Positions 24,120 to 32,000 of a DNA stretch of 32,000 bases are shown in pieces. Position numbers and translations under genes: made by a program. The DNA is from an uncultured Candidatus Saccharibacteria bacterium (GTDB lineage Bacteria; Patescibacteriota; UBA1384; XYA2-FULL-43-10; 1-14-0-10-43-13). A model generated the notes under the pieces. The model was not told the origin of the DNA. It worked only from the letters and a program-made list of their open reading frames with translations, and searched no databases. Location: the NCBI GenBank assembly GCA_964543385.1, contig CAZIYE010000001.1:420001-452000 (forward strand), written 5' to 3'. Numbering within the stretch: the first letter of the stretch is position 1; each line of letters opens with the position of its first letter.

Positions 24120-24629
24120 TTATTCTTTATTATGTAAAAAAAGAGTATTTTTTAAAACTTCTACAATTTCTTTCTCAACAAATTCTTGGGTAATCTGGTC
24201 TGGAGTATATTCGCCATGCGACCCGACTACGCCTCCCTCAGACGGCATCATTGTTGATACCATAATGCCAATCTTTTTAGCATAACGATTTGCTATAAAA
24301 GAAATATAGGGCGTACACTCCGGCTTATATAGGGATTTATCAAGAGAAGCAGGATAAATATTCAGAGTAATACTGGCGGGCAGGAAATTAGCAGTGGCGT
24401 CAACATATTCTTCCTCTTCAGAAACATGAAAATCATGCTTATACTGATTCATTTGGTTGCCAACATCGACGATAACTGGCCATATAACTTCTTGTTTTAA
24501 GCGCTCAAATTCTGTCATAAATTTGTCTTGCTCAGCCTTCTCTTGAGCCTTCTCTGCTTGCAAACCATCAATGTCGTTATCAAAACGACTCATTATATTG
24601 TCAAGCTCCTTCTTGTTTTCAAAAAGCAT
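24120..24629 (-). CDS. Hypothetical protein (169 aa): N-terminal coiled coil plus a C-terminal globular domain
   Basis: AAGGGAG SD upstream of the ATG. Residues 1-45 are Glu/Lys-rich, followed by a mixed alpha/beta-looking domain. No family was recognised. Confidence 0.55.
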   Translation of the reverse strand: MLFENKKELDNIMSRFDNDIDGLQAEKAQEKAEQDKFMTEFERLKQEVIWPVIVDVGNQMNQYKHDFHVSEEEEYVDATANFLPASITLNIYPASLDKSLYKPECTPYISFIANRYAKKIGIMVSTMMPSEGGVVGSHGEYTPDQITQEFVEKEIVEVLKNTLFLHNKE

Positions 24630-24657
24630 AGCGCTCCCTTATTATTTTGTTGACTTC

Positions 24658-24685
24658 ATTATAACAACATCAATAGTTTTGGCAA
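24658..24685 (-). promoter_or_regulatory. Candidate promoter for the two small coiled-coil genes
   Basis: The minus strand reads TTGCCA (24685-24680), a 16-nt spacer, then TATAAT (24663-24658). It lies directly after the rlmN stop. Confidence 0.4.
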
Positions 24686-24686
24686 A

Positions 24687-25682
24687 TTAATCTTCCCCTG
24701 CCAATTGACCACAAGCTGCACTTATTTCATCTCCTAGGCTTGCTCTTATTGTTGTCGGTACTCCATTTCTTTCCAATATACCCCTAAACCGTTCAACTTT
24801 TTGACGACTACTTGATTGAAAATCAGTATCACCGATTGCATTAAAGTTTATTAGGTTCACAAAGGCCAATCTGTTCTTGAGCACATCAGCAAGCGCCTGC
24901 GCATCTTTCTCGCTGTCGTTAAAATTTTCCAGCATTACATATTCGTAACTTACTCTTTTGTTGGTTCTCTCAACATACCGATCCAAAACAGCAAAAAGTT
25001 TTTCTAGTGGATTAGTTTTAGCAATTGGCATCAACTTTTCTCTAAGTTTTTGATTTGGCGCATGGAGGCTAATAGCTAAGGTGACACCCAGATCAGCATC
25101 GGTAAATTTAGAGAGCTGAGCAACTATTCCACACGTTGAGACCGTTATATGTCGTCGTCCAAGATTAAAATAACTCGGATCGTTTAGTTCTTTAATCGCC
25201 CCAATTAAATTATCAAAGTTTAATAGTGGTTCGCCCATTCCCATAAATACAACGTTAGTCAACTTTTTATCTCTCGATTTTAATTGTCGGGCAGCGAATA
25301 AAACCTGTGAAATAATTTCCCAAAGGCTTAGATTGCGCTTGAAGCCAAGCTGGCCAGTAGCGCAAAAAAGACAGCCAGAAGGACAACCAACTTGTGAAGA
25401 AACGCAGACCGTGCTGCGCCCGTCTCGAAATTCCATCAACACCGTCTCAATTTTGGCACCATCCTCCAGCTGGAAAAGCCACTTCGTTGATCCATCCTTT
25501 GACTTTTGTTCAGCAATTAATTGAAATGGCACTATGCTTGTCGCTGCGGCCATCTTCTCACGCTCTTCTTTGCCAATCGTTGTGATATCAGATGGACTAT
25601 CAACCAAATTTACCCAGACAGCATGACGAATCTGTTTTTGTCTTAACGAGGTCTGATTTTTTAGATAATCATAAAATTCCAT
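24687..25682 (-). CDS. rlmN: 23S rRNA/tRNA (adenine-C2)-methyltransferase, radical SAM (RlmN/Cfr family)
   Basis: 'CVSSQVGCPSGCLFCATG' is the CxxxCxxC radical-SAM cluster motif. 'VFMGMGEPLLN' and 'TVSTCG' are also present. The start was chosen at the ATG at 25682 (MEFYDYL), which has AGGAGT/AGGAA upstream and avoids overlap with dnaB. The alternative start at 25706 is not excluded. Confidence 0.88.
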   Translation of the reverse strand: MEFYDYLKNQTSLRQKQIRHAVWVNLVDSPSDITTIGKEEREKMAAATSIVPFQLIAEQKSKDGSTKWLFQLEDGAKIETVLMEFRDGRSTVCVSSQVGCPSGCLFCATGQLGFKRNLSLWEIISQVLFAARQLKSRDKKLTNVVFMGMGEPLLNFDNLIGAIKELNDPSYFNLGRRHITVSTCGIVAQLSKFTDADLGVTLAISLHAPNQKLREKLMPIAKTNPLEKLFAVLDRYVERTNKRVSYEYVMLENFNDSEKDAQALADVLKNRLAFVNLINFNAIGDTDFQSSSRQKVERFRGILERNGVPTTIRASLGDEISAACGQLAGED

Positions 25683-25689
25683 ATTATTC

Positions 25690-27102
25690 CTACTCCTGAG
25701 ATCCACCTGGTGCCTCGCGCCTCTTCTCTATATCCCCGAATCTCATTTGAGCCGGATTGAAGAACAATTCGAGATTACCGATTGGACCATTTCTATGTTT
25801 TCTTATTAAAACTTCTGTTATCCCTTTTCTTTCTGATTCAGGGTGATAATATTCGTCGCGATATAGAAACATTACGATATCAGCATCCTGTTCTATGGAG
25901 CCAGACTCACGCAGATCGGACAATTGTGGACGCTTGTCGTCACGATGTTCAACAGCACGAGAGAGCTGTGACAATGCGATAATTGGCACATTCAATTCTC
26001 TTGCGAGACCCTTTAGGCCTCTTGAGATTTCTGAAATTTCTTGAACCCTATTGCCTTCCGAGCTCCGACTATGACCAGACATAAGCTGCAAATAGTCAAT
26101 AATGATAAGGCCAAGTCCATGTTCCATTTGCAACCTTCTTGCCTTTGCCCTTATCTCCATAATATTGCCGCCGGCTGAATCATCAATAAACAATGGTGCC
26201 TCAGAAAGAACACCCATGGCATAGCCAATTTTTGGGAAGTCGTCATCAGAAAGATTACCCGTTCTCAATTTCCACGAGTCAACACCGGCCTGCGAAGATA
26301 ATAGACGATCTACGAGCTGATCTTTACTCATTTCTAATGAAAATATAGCAACAGGCAATTTCTCATCTATAGCAGCGTTTTCAGCCAAGTTTAGAGCGAA
26401 AGAAGTTTTACCCATCGATGGCCTAGCAGCCAGAATAATCAAATCCGACTGTTGAAAACCAGCAGTTACATTATCTAGTGCTTTAAAACCACTGGGAACG
26501 CCTCTAATCGCGCCCTTATCTTTGTCCTTGTGGATTTTATCTATTCTATCAAAGGCATCTGTGAGAACATCCTTGATGGCAATAAATTTATTCTTCATCG
26601 ACTTTTGTGAAATGGAGAAAAGTGATTGTTCTGCCGAATCTAAAACCTCGGAAATTTCGCCGTCTTCTTCATAACCAAGCTCCGTAATATTTGCTCCAGC
26701 ACTAATCAGACGCCGCAAAATAGCCTTGTCGCGGACAATCTGAGCATAATAAGCAATGTTTGCAGCAGAAGGAGTGTTATTAACAATTTCCGCCAAATAA
26801 CTAGATCCGCCAACTTGTTTTATTTTACCTGCGTTCTCCAGTATTTCGGAGAGCGTAACGATATCTATCGGCATTCTTTTTTCAAACAAATTTGCCATTG
26901 CCTCATAGACAATACCATGACGACTATCATAAAAATCCTCGTGGGTGATGACGTCTGCTACCTTGATAATTGCATCTTTATCTAACAAAATGGCGCCGAG
27001 AATACTTCTCTCCGCTTCTACGTTTTGAGGAGGCATACGCAAACCAGATGGCTTGTTGGCTGGCTCCTGATTACGACTAGATTTTTGCTCTTTTACAGGC
27101 AT
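25690..27102 (-). CDS. dnaB: Replicative DNA helicase DnaB
   Basis: 'PPQNVEAERSILGAILLD', Walker A 'ARPSMGKTSFALN', 'FSLEMS', 'IIDYLQLM' and 'LSQLSRAVE.R.DKRP.LSDLRESGSIEQDAD'. Confidence 0.95.
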   Translation of the reverse strand: MPVKEQKSSRNQEPANKPSGLRMPPQNVEAERSILGAILLDKDAIIKVADVITHEDFYDSRHGIVYEAMANLFEKRMPIDIVTLSEILENAGKIKQVGGSSYLAEIVNNTPSAANIAYYAQIVRDKAILRRLISAGANITELGYEEDGEISEVLDSAEQSLFSISQKSMKNKFIAIKDVLTDAFDRIDKIHKDKDKGAIRGVPSGFKALDNVTAGFQQSDLIILAARPSMGKTSFALNLAENAAIDEKLPVAIFSLEMSKDQLVDRLLSSQAGVDSWKLRTGNLSDDDFPKIGYAMGVLSEAPLFIDDSAGGNIMEIRAKARRLQMEHGLGLIIIDYLQLMSGHSRSSEGNRVQEISEISRGLKGLARELNVPIIALSQLSRAVEHRDDKRPQLSDLRESGSIEQDADIVMFLYRDEYYHPESERKGITEVLIRKHRNGPIGNLELFFNPAQMRFGDIEKRREAPGGSQE

Positions 27103-27116
27103 TTGTTTATCCCTTA

Positions 27117-28694
27117 CTACGTTTCAAAGATTTCAGTAACAGCCTTTTCCTGATCAATATTTTCTTCTTTATTTATGGATTTTGAACTACTATCAGCTAT
27201 TTTGCAACATACTTTGTATTTAGATCCTGTAACTTGAGAGATAATACTTTCCAATACATCACGATTCTTCTTCTCAGAAATTCTGTCTTTGTGAAACTTA
27301 AATTTTACTCCGAGGGTAAGAGTATCGTTTGTCATTTGCTCTGGCTTTGCATCTCGCAGCAACGCAGCAAGAGTTGAATTCTCCTTTTTAGTTGACTCGA
27401 TAACTTGGCACCAAATATCCTGCGTCATTTCCAGAACTGGTACAGGTACAGTTGCTGATGTGCACTGGCTATCTTTTTCGACAGAATTAGGCCGTGGCTC
27501 AAAAACAGCTTTTTCTTCAATTGGTGGAGTTTTAACCACCTTTTTGTCCTGCGACACAATAGCTTGAGATTTTGTCGCTGGTATATCAATAATTTTAAAT
27601 TCACTGTTTACGGATTTAACTACTGCTATTTCCAAGGGCAGCATCGGATACTGTACATCCTTCAGCAAAGAGCTAGCTTCTATAAAAGAATCAATTACTT
27701 TCATTATTTTAACAAGATCAGTTTTTGAGGATAGTTCCCTGATTTTTGCAATGTTTTCCAATGTATCTTCGAAAACAGTCTCTGCATTAATGCTACAGAG
27801 CATGACCCTTCTTAAGGTTTCTATAACCTTGCGATTAAATTCCAAAAGGTCATGCCCCGAATCAAAAAGTCTCCTGGCGATTTTTAATCCCTCCTCCGGG
27901 TTTTTATTAAAAATTGCACCAACAAAGAGTAAAACTTCGTTATCCTCTGCAACACCAAGAATTTTTCTAGTTATCTCTATGTTAATTTTACTATTTGCAG
28001 ATGAAACTTGTTCAAGCAGGCCCAATGCATCCCTGTGGCCACCAGCAGCAACTACAGCAATCAAATCTAGTGAGGCATCATCAATAGTTATATCCTCTGC
28101 TTTGCAAACATTTTTCAAGTTTGTGATGATCTCTTCTTTTGCTGCTCTTTTGAAATCAAACCTTTGGGTTCTAGAAATAATAGTCGCCGGTATCTTATGA
28201 GTCTCAGTTGTGGCTAAAATAAAAACAGCATGGCTTGGCGGCTCCTCAAGGGTCTTTAAAAGCGCATTGAAGGCGCTTTTAGACAACATATGAACCTCAT
28301 CTATGATATAAACCTTTTTGGGAGATTTAGTTGGTGACAAACGAGCTTTCTCGATCAAATCGCGAACATCATCTACTCCTGTATGCGAAGCGGCATCTAT
28401 TTCAATAACATCAAGAGATTTGCCAGCAGCTATTTCTAAGCATGAATTACACTCGTTGCATGGCTCTCCAGAAAATTCCTCTTTTTTGTTTTTCGAATCA
28501 TTTATCTTTTGACAATTAATTGCTTTAGCAAGTAATCTAGCAGTCGAAGTTTTGCCAATACCTCTTGGACCAGTCAAAAGATAGGTATGGACAAGTTTGT
28601 CACTCCTGATACTCTCGAGTAATGTTTTTGCCACATGCTCTTGACCAACAAGTTCGCCAAATGTTTTCGAACGATATTTCTGATAAAAAGCCAT
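27117..28694 (-). CDS. dnaX: DNA polymerase III subunit gamma/tau
   Basis: 'YRSKTFGELVGQEHV', 'YLLTGPRGIGKTSTARLLAKAINC', the zinc module 'CNECNSC', 'IIDEVHMLS' and 'NALLKTLEEPP'. Confidence 0.92.
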   Translation of the reverse strand: MAFYQKYRSKTFGELVGQEHVAKTLLESIRSDKLVHTYLLTGPRGIGKTSTARLLAKAINCQKINDSKNKKEEFSGEPCNECNSCLEIAAGKSLDVIEIDAASHTGVDDVRDLIEKARLSPTKSPKKVYIIDEVHMLSKSAFNALLKTLEEPPSHAVFILATTETHKIPATIISRTQRFDFKRAAKEEIITNLKNVCKAEDITIDDASLDLIAVVAAGGHRDALGLLEQVSSANSKINIEITRKILGVAEDNEVLLFVGAIFNKNPEEGLKIARRLFDSGHDLLEFNRKVIETLRRVMLCSINAETVFEDTLENIAKIRELSSKTDLVKIMKVIDSFIEASSLLKDVQYPMLPLEIAVVKSVNSEFKIIDIPATKSQAIVSQDKKVVKTPPIEEKAVFEPRPNSVEKDSQCTSATVPVPVLEMTQDIWCQVIESTKKENSTLAALLRDAKPEQMTNDTLTLGVKFKFHKDRISEKKNRDVLESIISQVTGSKYKVCCKIADSSSKSINKEENIDQEKAVTEIFET

Positions 28695-28703
28695 AAAAGT
28701 CAG

Positions 28704-28731
28704 AATTAAGAATTAAGAATTAAGAATTAAG
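28704..28731. repeat. Tandem heptad repeat gaattaa x4
   Basis: Read directly from the sequence. It lies 10-37 nt upstream of the dnaX start codon. Confidence 0.95.
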
Positions 28732-28853
28732 CTAGTTTATGCTTACTTCCTACTTCTTATTGCTTACCGCTGACTACTTTCTCATTATAGAGTTAAGTTG
28801 TGTGTTTAAAAAATACTGCTTGCCTCACCTCAAAAATACTAAGTCCTGCCAAA

Positions 28854-28881
28854 GGAAAATGGAAAATGGAAAATGGAAAAT
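28854..28881. repeat. Tandem heptad repeat ggaaaat x4
   Basis: Read directly from the sequence: 28854-28860, 28861-28867, 28868-28874 and 28875-28881. Confidence 0.95.
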
Positions 28882-29071
28882 ATATATTTGTCCCCAGATA
28901 ATCCACAGACATATACACAAATAGCTTATTTGAAGTCTTGTTTTTTAGTCTCCAACTTTATAAACCTTTGTTTAGCGAACTTGTAATGGTTATATTTCCG
29001 CTTTTTTCGCAGTTAATTACTTGTTTTTAATATAATAAAAAAGTAAAATGTACTAAAGGAGCGGAAACAAA

Positions 29072-31393
29072 ATGAACAAGACAGAACTAGCTAAAATTTT
29101 AGCTAGCAAAATCAAAAAAGACCCGAAAGTTGCCGAAAAAATGATCAATTCTTTTGGCGATACTGTTACTGAAGTATTATCAAAAGGCGGCAAAATCGTC
29201 TATTCTAACTTCGGTACTTTTTATACTGTTCATTATCCATCTAAGGTTATTTACCATCCAACGCTTGGCACTAAGAAAAAAATGATCATGTTACCTACAA
29301 ATGCAGTCAAATGGATGCCATCAGGTAATATTAAAGATATGGTAAATTCCGGCAAAGAAATCGAGGGAGCGACAACTTTTGGCGCCAGCAAAAAAATTAA
29401 GGATCTGCATCTCAACCCCGCAGTAGAAGAAACTATAATTGATAATACAAAAGATATGGATAAAAGCCAGGAAATTGGTGGTTCATTGACATATTCTAGC
29501 TCAGAGCATGAAGATCAAGAGGAAGTTGAAATCCCTATCCGTAATATTTCAAAGAATAAAATCGAGGATAATACGACTATTGATGATAAGAAAGCTACTC
29601 CGGCAGTAGAAGACAAAGATGGTTTCTGGGATCAACTATTTAAAAAAGCAAACGACGATTCCAAAAATATCGACCAAAGCAAAAAAATAGAGACAGATAG
29701 TATAGATAGCAAAAATGATAAATCACCCTCAGTCGGATTGGGCTTGTTTGGTGCCAATACGTCGTCGAAACAAGAAATCAAAGCCCCTACTCCTAATGTC
29801 ATAGATGGTCAAAATATCGAGCCAGAAGAAGAAAGCCTATCTCCTTACATAAACAGAAAAACTTCCATCTCATATATCGACTTATCCAAGACGACAGTAC
29901 CCAAAGAAATCTTACAAATGATTTCAGAAAAAATTGCCAGAGAATATAAAATTGTTCCAGTCGAAGATAGTAATGATGGACTAGTGGTTGGCATGGTCGA
30001 CCCAGAAGATATTGAAGCAATAGAGATTGTGAAAAAGATTATCGGCAAAAAGGTTTTGCCAAAGCTGACAACTGAAACTGACCTAAACCACGTTTTGGAC
30101 CAATACCAAGGTTTCGAAAGTGAGGTGAAGGAAGCGATTGAAGATGTTGAAGATAAAGATCATAAAAAAGAAGAAGATCAAAAATCTGCGTCGATAATAT
30201 CAAGCTCCGCGCCAGCATCTAGGATTGTTAGTTCGCTATTAAAACGAGCCATTAGAGATAAGGCATCAGACATACATATAGAACCATATGAGGATGAAGT
30301 GACTGTACGTTTTCGTATTGATGGCGTCCTACATAAGAAAGTATCTCTGCCAAAAGATATTCAGCAAGCAGTAGTTTCACGCATCAAAATTTTATCAAAC
30401 CTAAAAATAGACGAGCAACGTCTACCACAAGATGGACGCTTTAGTATTATGGCAGACAACCGTAAAGTTGATTTTCGTGTCTCAACCATGCCAATTGCAA
30501 ATGGCGAAAAAGTAGTTATGAGAATCTTGGATAAGCTCTCAGGGATAATTTCAATTGATGACCTAGGCTTTCGAGAAAGAGATTTTTCTCTTATCAATAA
30601 TAGCTGCCAAAAATCTCATGGAATGATCTTAGTAACTGGCCCTACTGGATCGGGCAAGACAACAACTCTTTACGCCCTGATACAGAAAATATACAGCGAA
30701 GGTATTAATATCATTACTTTAGAGGACCCTATCGAATACCAAATCCCCGGCATTAATCAGAGCCAGGTGAATGCGGAAATAGATTACACTTTTGCCTCCG
30801 GCCTGCGCTCCATTTTACGTCAAGACCCGGATGTCGTTATGATTGGAGAGATAAGAGATAGAGAAACAGCTGAGATGGCCGTACACGCAGCCTTGACTGG
30901 TCATGTTGTTCTTTCCACACTTCATACCAATGATTCTGCAGGCGCAATTCCTAGATTAGTAGATATGAATATAGAACCATTTCTATTAAATTCATCTCTA
31001 AATCTGATTCTAGCCCAAAGATTAGCGAGAAGAATTTGTGATTCCTGCAAAGAAGAAATAAATCCATCCCAAGACCAATTAAAACTAATTAAGAATGAAT
31101 TAGACAAAATGCCCCGTGAAGAAAAGGCAAAAATCGGTAATAAAATTAAATTTTACAAGGGCAAGGGCTGTAAAGATTGTTCCAATACTGGATATAAAGG
31201 CAGAATAGGAATTTATGAAGTGCTTGAAGTTGATAAGAAGATAAAAGATTTAGTCGCCAATAAAGCGTCGTCGAATGGGATTGAGGAGAGTGCTATTCAA
31301 AATGGCATGACGACAATGATACAAGATGGAATTTTAAAAGCAATCAGCGGTCTTACTACAATTGAAGAAGTATGGAGGGTCACCAAGGAATAA
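29072..31393 (+). CDS. pilB: Type IV pilus assembly ATPase PilB (GspE family) with an N-terminal HU/IHF-fold domain and a long acidic/Lys-rich linker
   Basis: Residues 1-93, 'MNKTELAKILASK...NFGTFYTVHYPSKVIYHPTLGTKKKMIMLPTNAVKWMPSGNIKDMV', align with the HU pattern 'MNKtEL...GFGtF.vr.r..R.grNP.TGe.i.ip...v.kFk.Gk.lkd.v'. Residues ~265-345 form the T2SSE_N domain. The ATPase core carries the Walker A 'GPTGSGKTTT', 'RQDPDVVMIGEIRD', 'GHVVLSTLHTND' and the tetra-Cys 'CDSC...CKDC'. The reading frame is a single uninterrupted 773 codons, with AAGGAG upstream. Confidence 0.85.
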   Translation: MNKTELAKILASKIKKDPKVAEKMINSFGDTVTEVLSKGGKIVYSNFGTFYTVHYPSKVIYHPTLGTKKKMIMLPTNAVKWMPSGNIKDMVNSGKEIEGATTFGASKKIKDLHLNPAVEETIIDNTKDMDKSQEIGGSLTYSSSEHEDQEEVEIPIRNISKNKIEDNTTIDDKKATPAVEDKDGFWDQLFKKANDDSKNIDQSKKIETDSIDSKNDKSPSVGLGLFGANTSSKQEIKAPTPNVIDGQNIEPEEESLSPYINRKTSISYIDLSKTTVPKEILQMISEKIAREYKIVPVEDSNDGLVVGMVDPEDIEAIEIVKKIIGKKVLPKLTTETDLNHVLDQYQGFESEVKEAIEDVEDKDHKKEEDQKSASIISSSAPASRIVSSLLKRAIRDKASDIHIEPYEDEVTVRFRIDGVLHKKVSLPKDIQQAVVSRIKILSNLKIDEQRLPQDGRFSIMADNRKVDFRVSTMPIANGEKVVMRILDKLSGIISIDDLGFRERDFSLINNSCQKSHGMILVTGPTGSGKTTTLYALIQKIYSEGINIITLEDPIEYQIPGINQSQVNAEIDYTFASGLRSILRQDPDVVMIGEIRDRETAEMAVHAALTGHVVLSTLHTNDSAGAIPRLVDMNIEPFLLNSSLNLILAQRLARRICDSCKEEINPSQDQLKLIKNELDKMPREEKAKIGNKIKFYKGKGCKDCSNTGYKGRIGIYEVLEVDKKIKDLVANKASSNGIEESAIQNGMTTMIQDGILKAISGLTTIEEVWRVTKE

Positions 31394-31394
31394 A

Positions 31395-32000
31395 ATGCTT
31401 TTTTACTACCAAGCAAAAAACAGCAAAGGGGAAACAAAAAGCGATTACTTAGAGACAAACGACAAGGCGTCTGCTTTGGCATCCCTAAAACAAAATGGGC
31501 TTTATGTAGTAAAAATTATTGAAAAGGATAAGGAAGATAGAATATCTAAGATGTTTTCGAGAAATAAGATTCCCTTAAAAGATAAAATTATATTCACAAA
31601 GCAGCTTGGGATAATGATAAGGTCAGGTCTATCAATTTTAGATGCTCTGAAATCTCTCCAAGAGGAGTCTTCTAACAAGAAAATGGAGACGATAATACTC
31701 AATTTGATCTCCGAAATTGAAGGGGGATCCCCGCTTTCAAAGGCACTTGCAAACCACAGAGAGGTATTTGGTGACATTTATATCAGCATGGTCCAATCTG
31801 GCGAAAAATCAGGAAAAGTTGATACTGTTCTAGAACGCTTGAACACTCAATTAGAGAATGATTATGATCTTCAAAGAAAAATTAAAGGAGCCCTTTCCTA
31901 TCCAATCTTTATACTTGTGACTATGATTGCGGTCGTATCTTTAGTAATCGTCTTAATCATTCCACAATTGAAAGTAATCTTCGATGATGCAGGGATCAGT
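31395..32000 (+). CDS. pilC: Type IV pilus inner-membrane platform protein PilC (GspF family), N-terminal 202 codons. The gene runs off the right edge of the window.
   Basis: Hand translation gives MLFYYQAKNSKGETKSDYLETNDKASALASLKQNGLYVVKIIE...FTKQLGIMIRSGLSILDALKSLQEE...LSKALANHREVFGDIYISMVQSGEKSGKVDTVLERL...LSYPIFILV. These are classical GspF repeat-1 motifs. The start lies 2 nt after the pilB stop. Confidence 0.85.
   Translation, partial: MLFYYQAKNSKGETKSDYLETNDKASALASLKQNGLYVVKIIEKDKEDRISKMFSRNKIPLKDKIIFTKQLGIMIRSGLSILDALKSLQEESSNKKMETIILNLISEIEGGSPLSKALANHREVFGDIYISMVQSGEKSGKVDTVLERLNTQLENDYDLQRKIKGALSYPIFILVTMIAVVSLVIVLIIPQLKVIFDDAGIS

Noticed and set aside
1-32000. Alternative genetic code (UGA recoding, as in some CPR lineages) as an explanation for the ORF-free regions
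   Set aside because: All housekeeping genes are full-length under the standard code. TGA is used as a genuine stop, for example at 6846-6848. The ORF-free regions contain all three stop codons in every frame.

Overview
This is a 32-kb window from a low-GC (about 33-38% by spot counts), tightly packed bacterial genome. The gene content is small-genome housekeeping plus a type IV pilus and a giant repeat-rich surface protein. That mix resembles CPR/Patescibacteria-like organisms, but this is inference only.

The backbone genes lie almost entirely on the minus strand from 3.1 to 28.7 kb:
- TatD-family hydrolase, EamA-like permease and metG
- a membrane protein followed by a 1547-aa surface protein
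- rsmI, an HTH-NRAMP transporter and rsmA/ksgA
- a DUF348/G5/SLT lytic transglycosylase
- pcrA, rlmN, dnaB and dnaX

Orientation then switches to the plus strand at a 377-bp repeat-bearing intergenic region, followed by an HU-like::PilB fusion gene and pilC.

I could not find any rRNA, tRNA, CRISPR array, transposase or integrase.

The most unusual features are:
1. Five GC-rich (about 50-58%) CDSs sit in four islands: an amidase plus a GH25-like hydrolase pair, a lipoprotein, a coiled-coil protein and a SAICAR-synthase-like protein. Each has its own near-consensus AT-rich promoter and strong SD. Most end in a GC-rich hairpin terminator, and no mobility genes are nearby.
2. A roughly 0.55-kb ORF-free unit (23009-23603) is bracketed by a TTGACA-N17-TACAAT promoter and a perfect 15-bp hairpin. 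It is a candidate large ncRNA of unknown class and lies just downstream of two small coiled-coil genes.
3. An HU-fold domain is fused to the PilB pilus ATPase.
4. The dnaX/pilB intergenic region is a candidate origin, with a strand switch, two heptad arrays and three near-consensus DnaA boxes.
5. A Phd/YefM-like protein with a CxxC tail sits behind a 4 x 12-bp operator-like array, upstream of a cysteine desulfurase gene.

All functional calls come from by-eye motif recognition. No searches were run.
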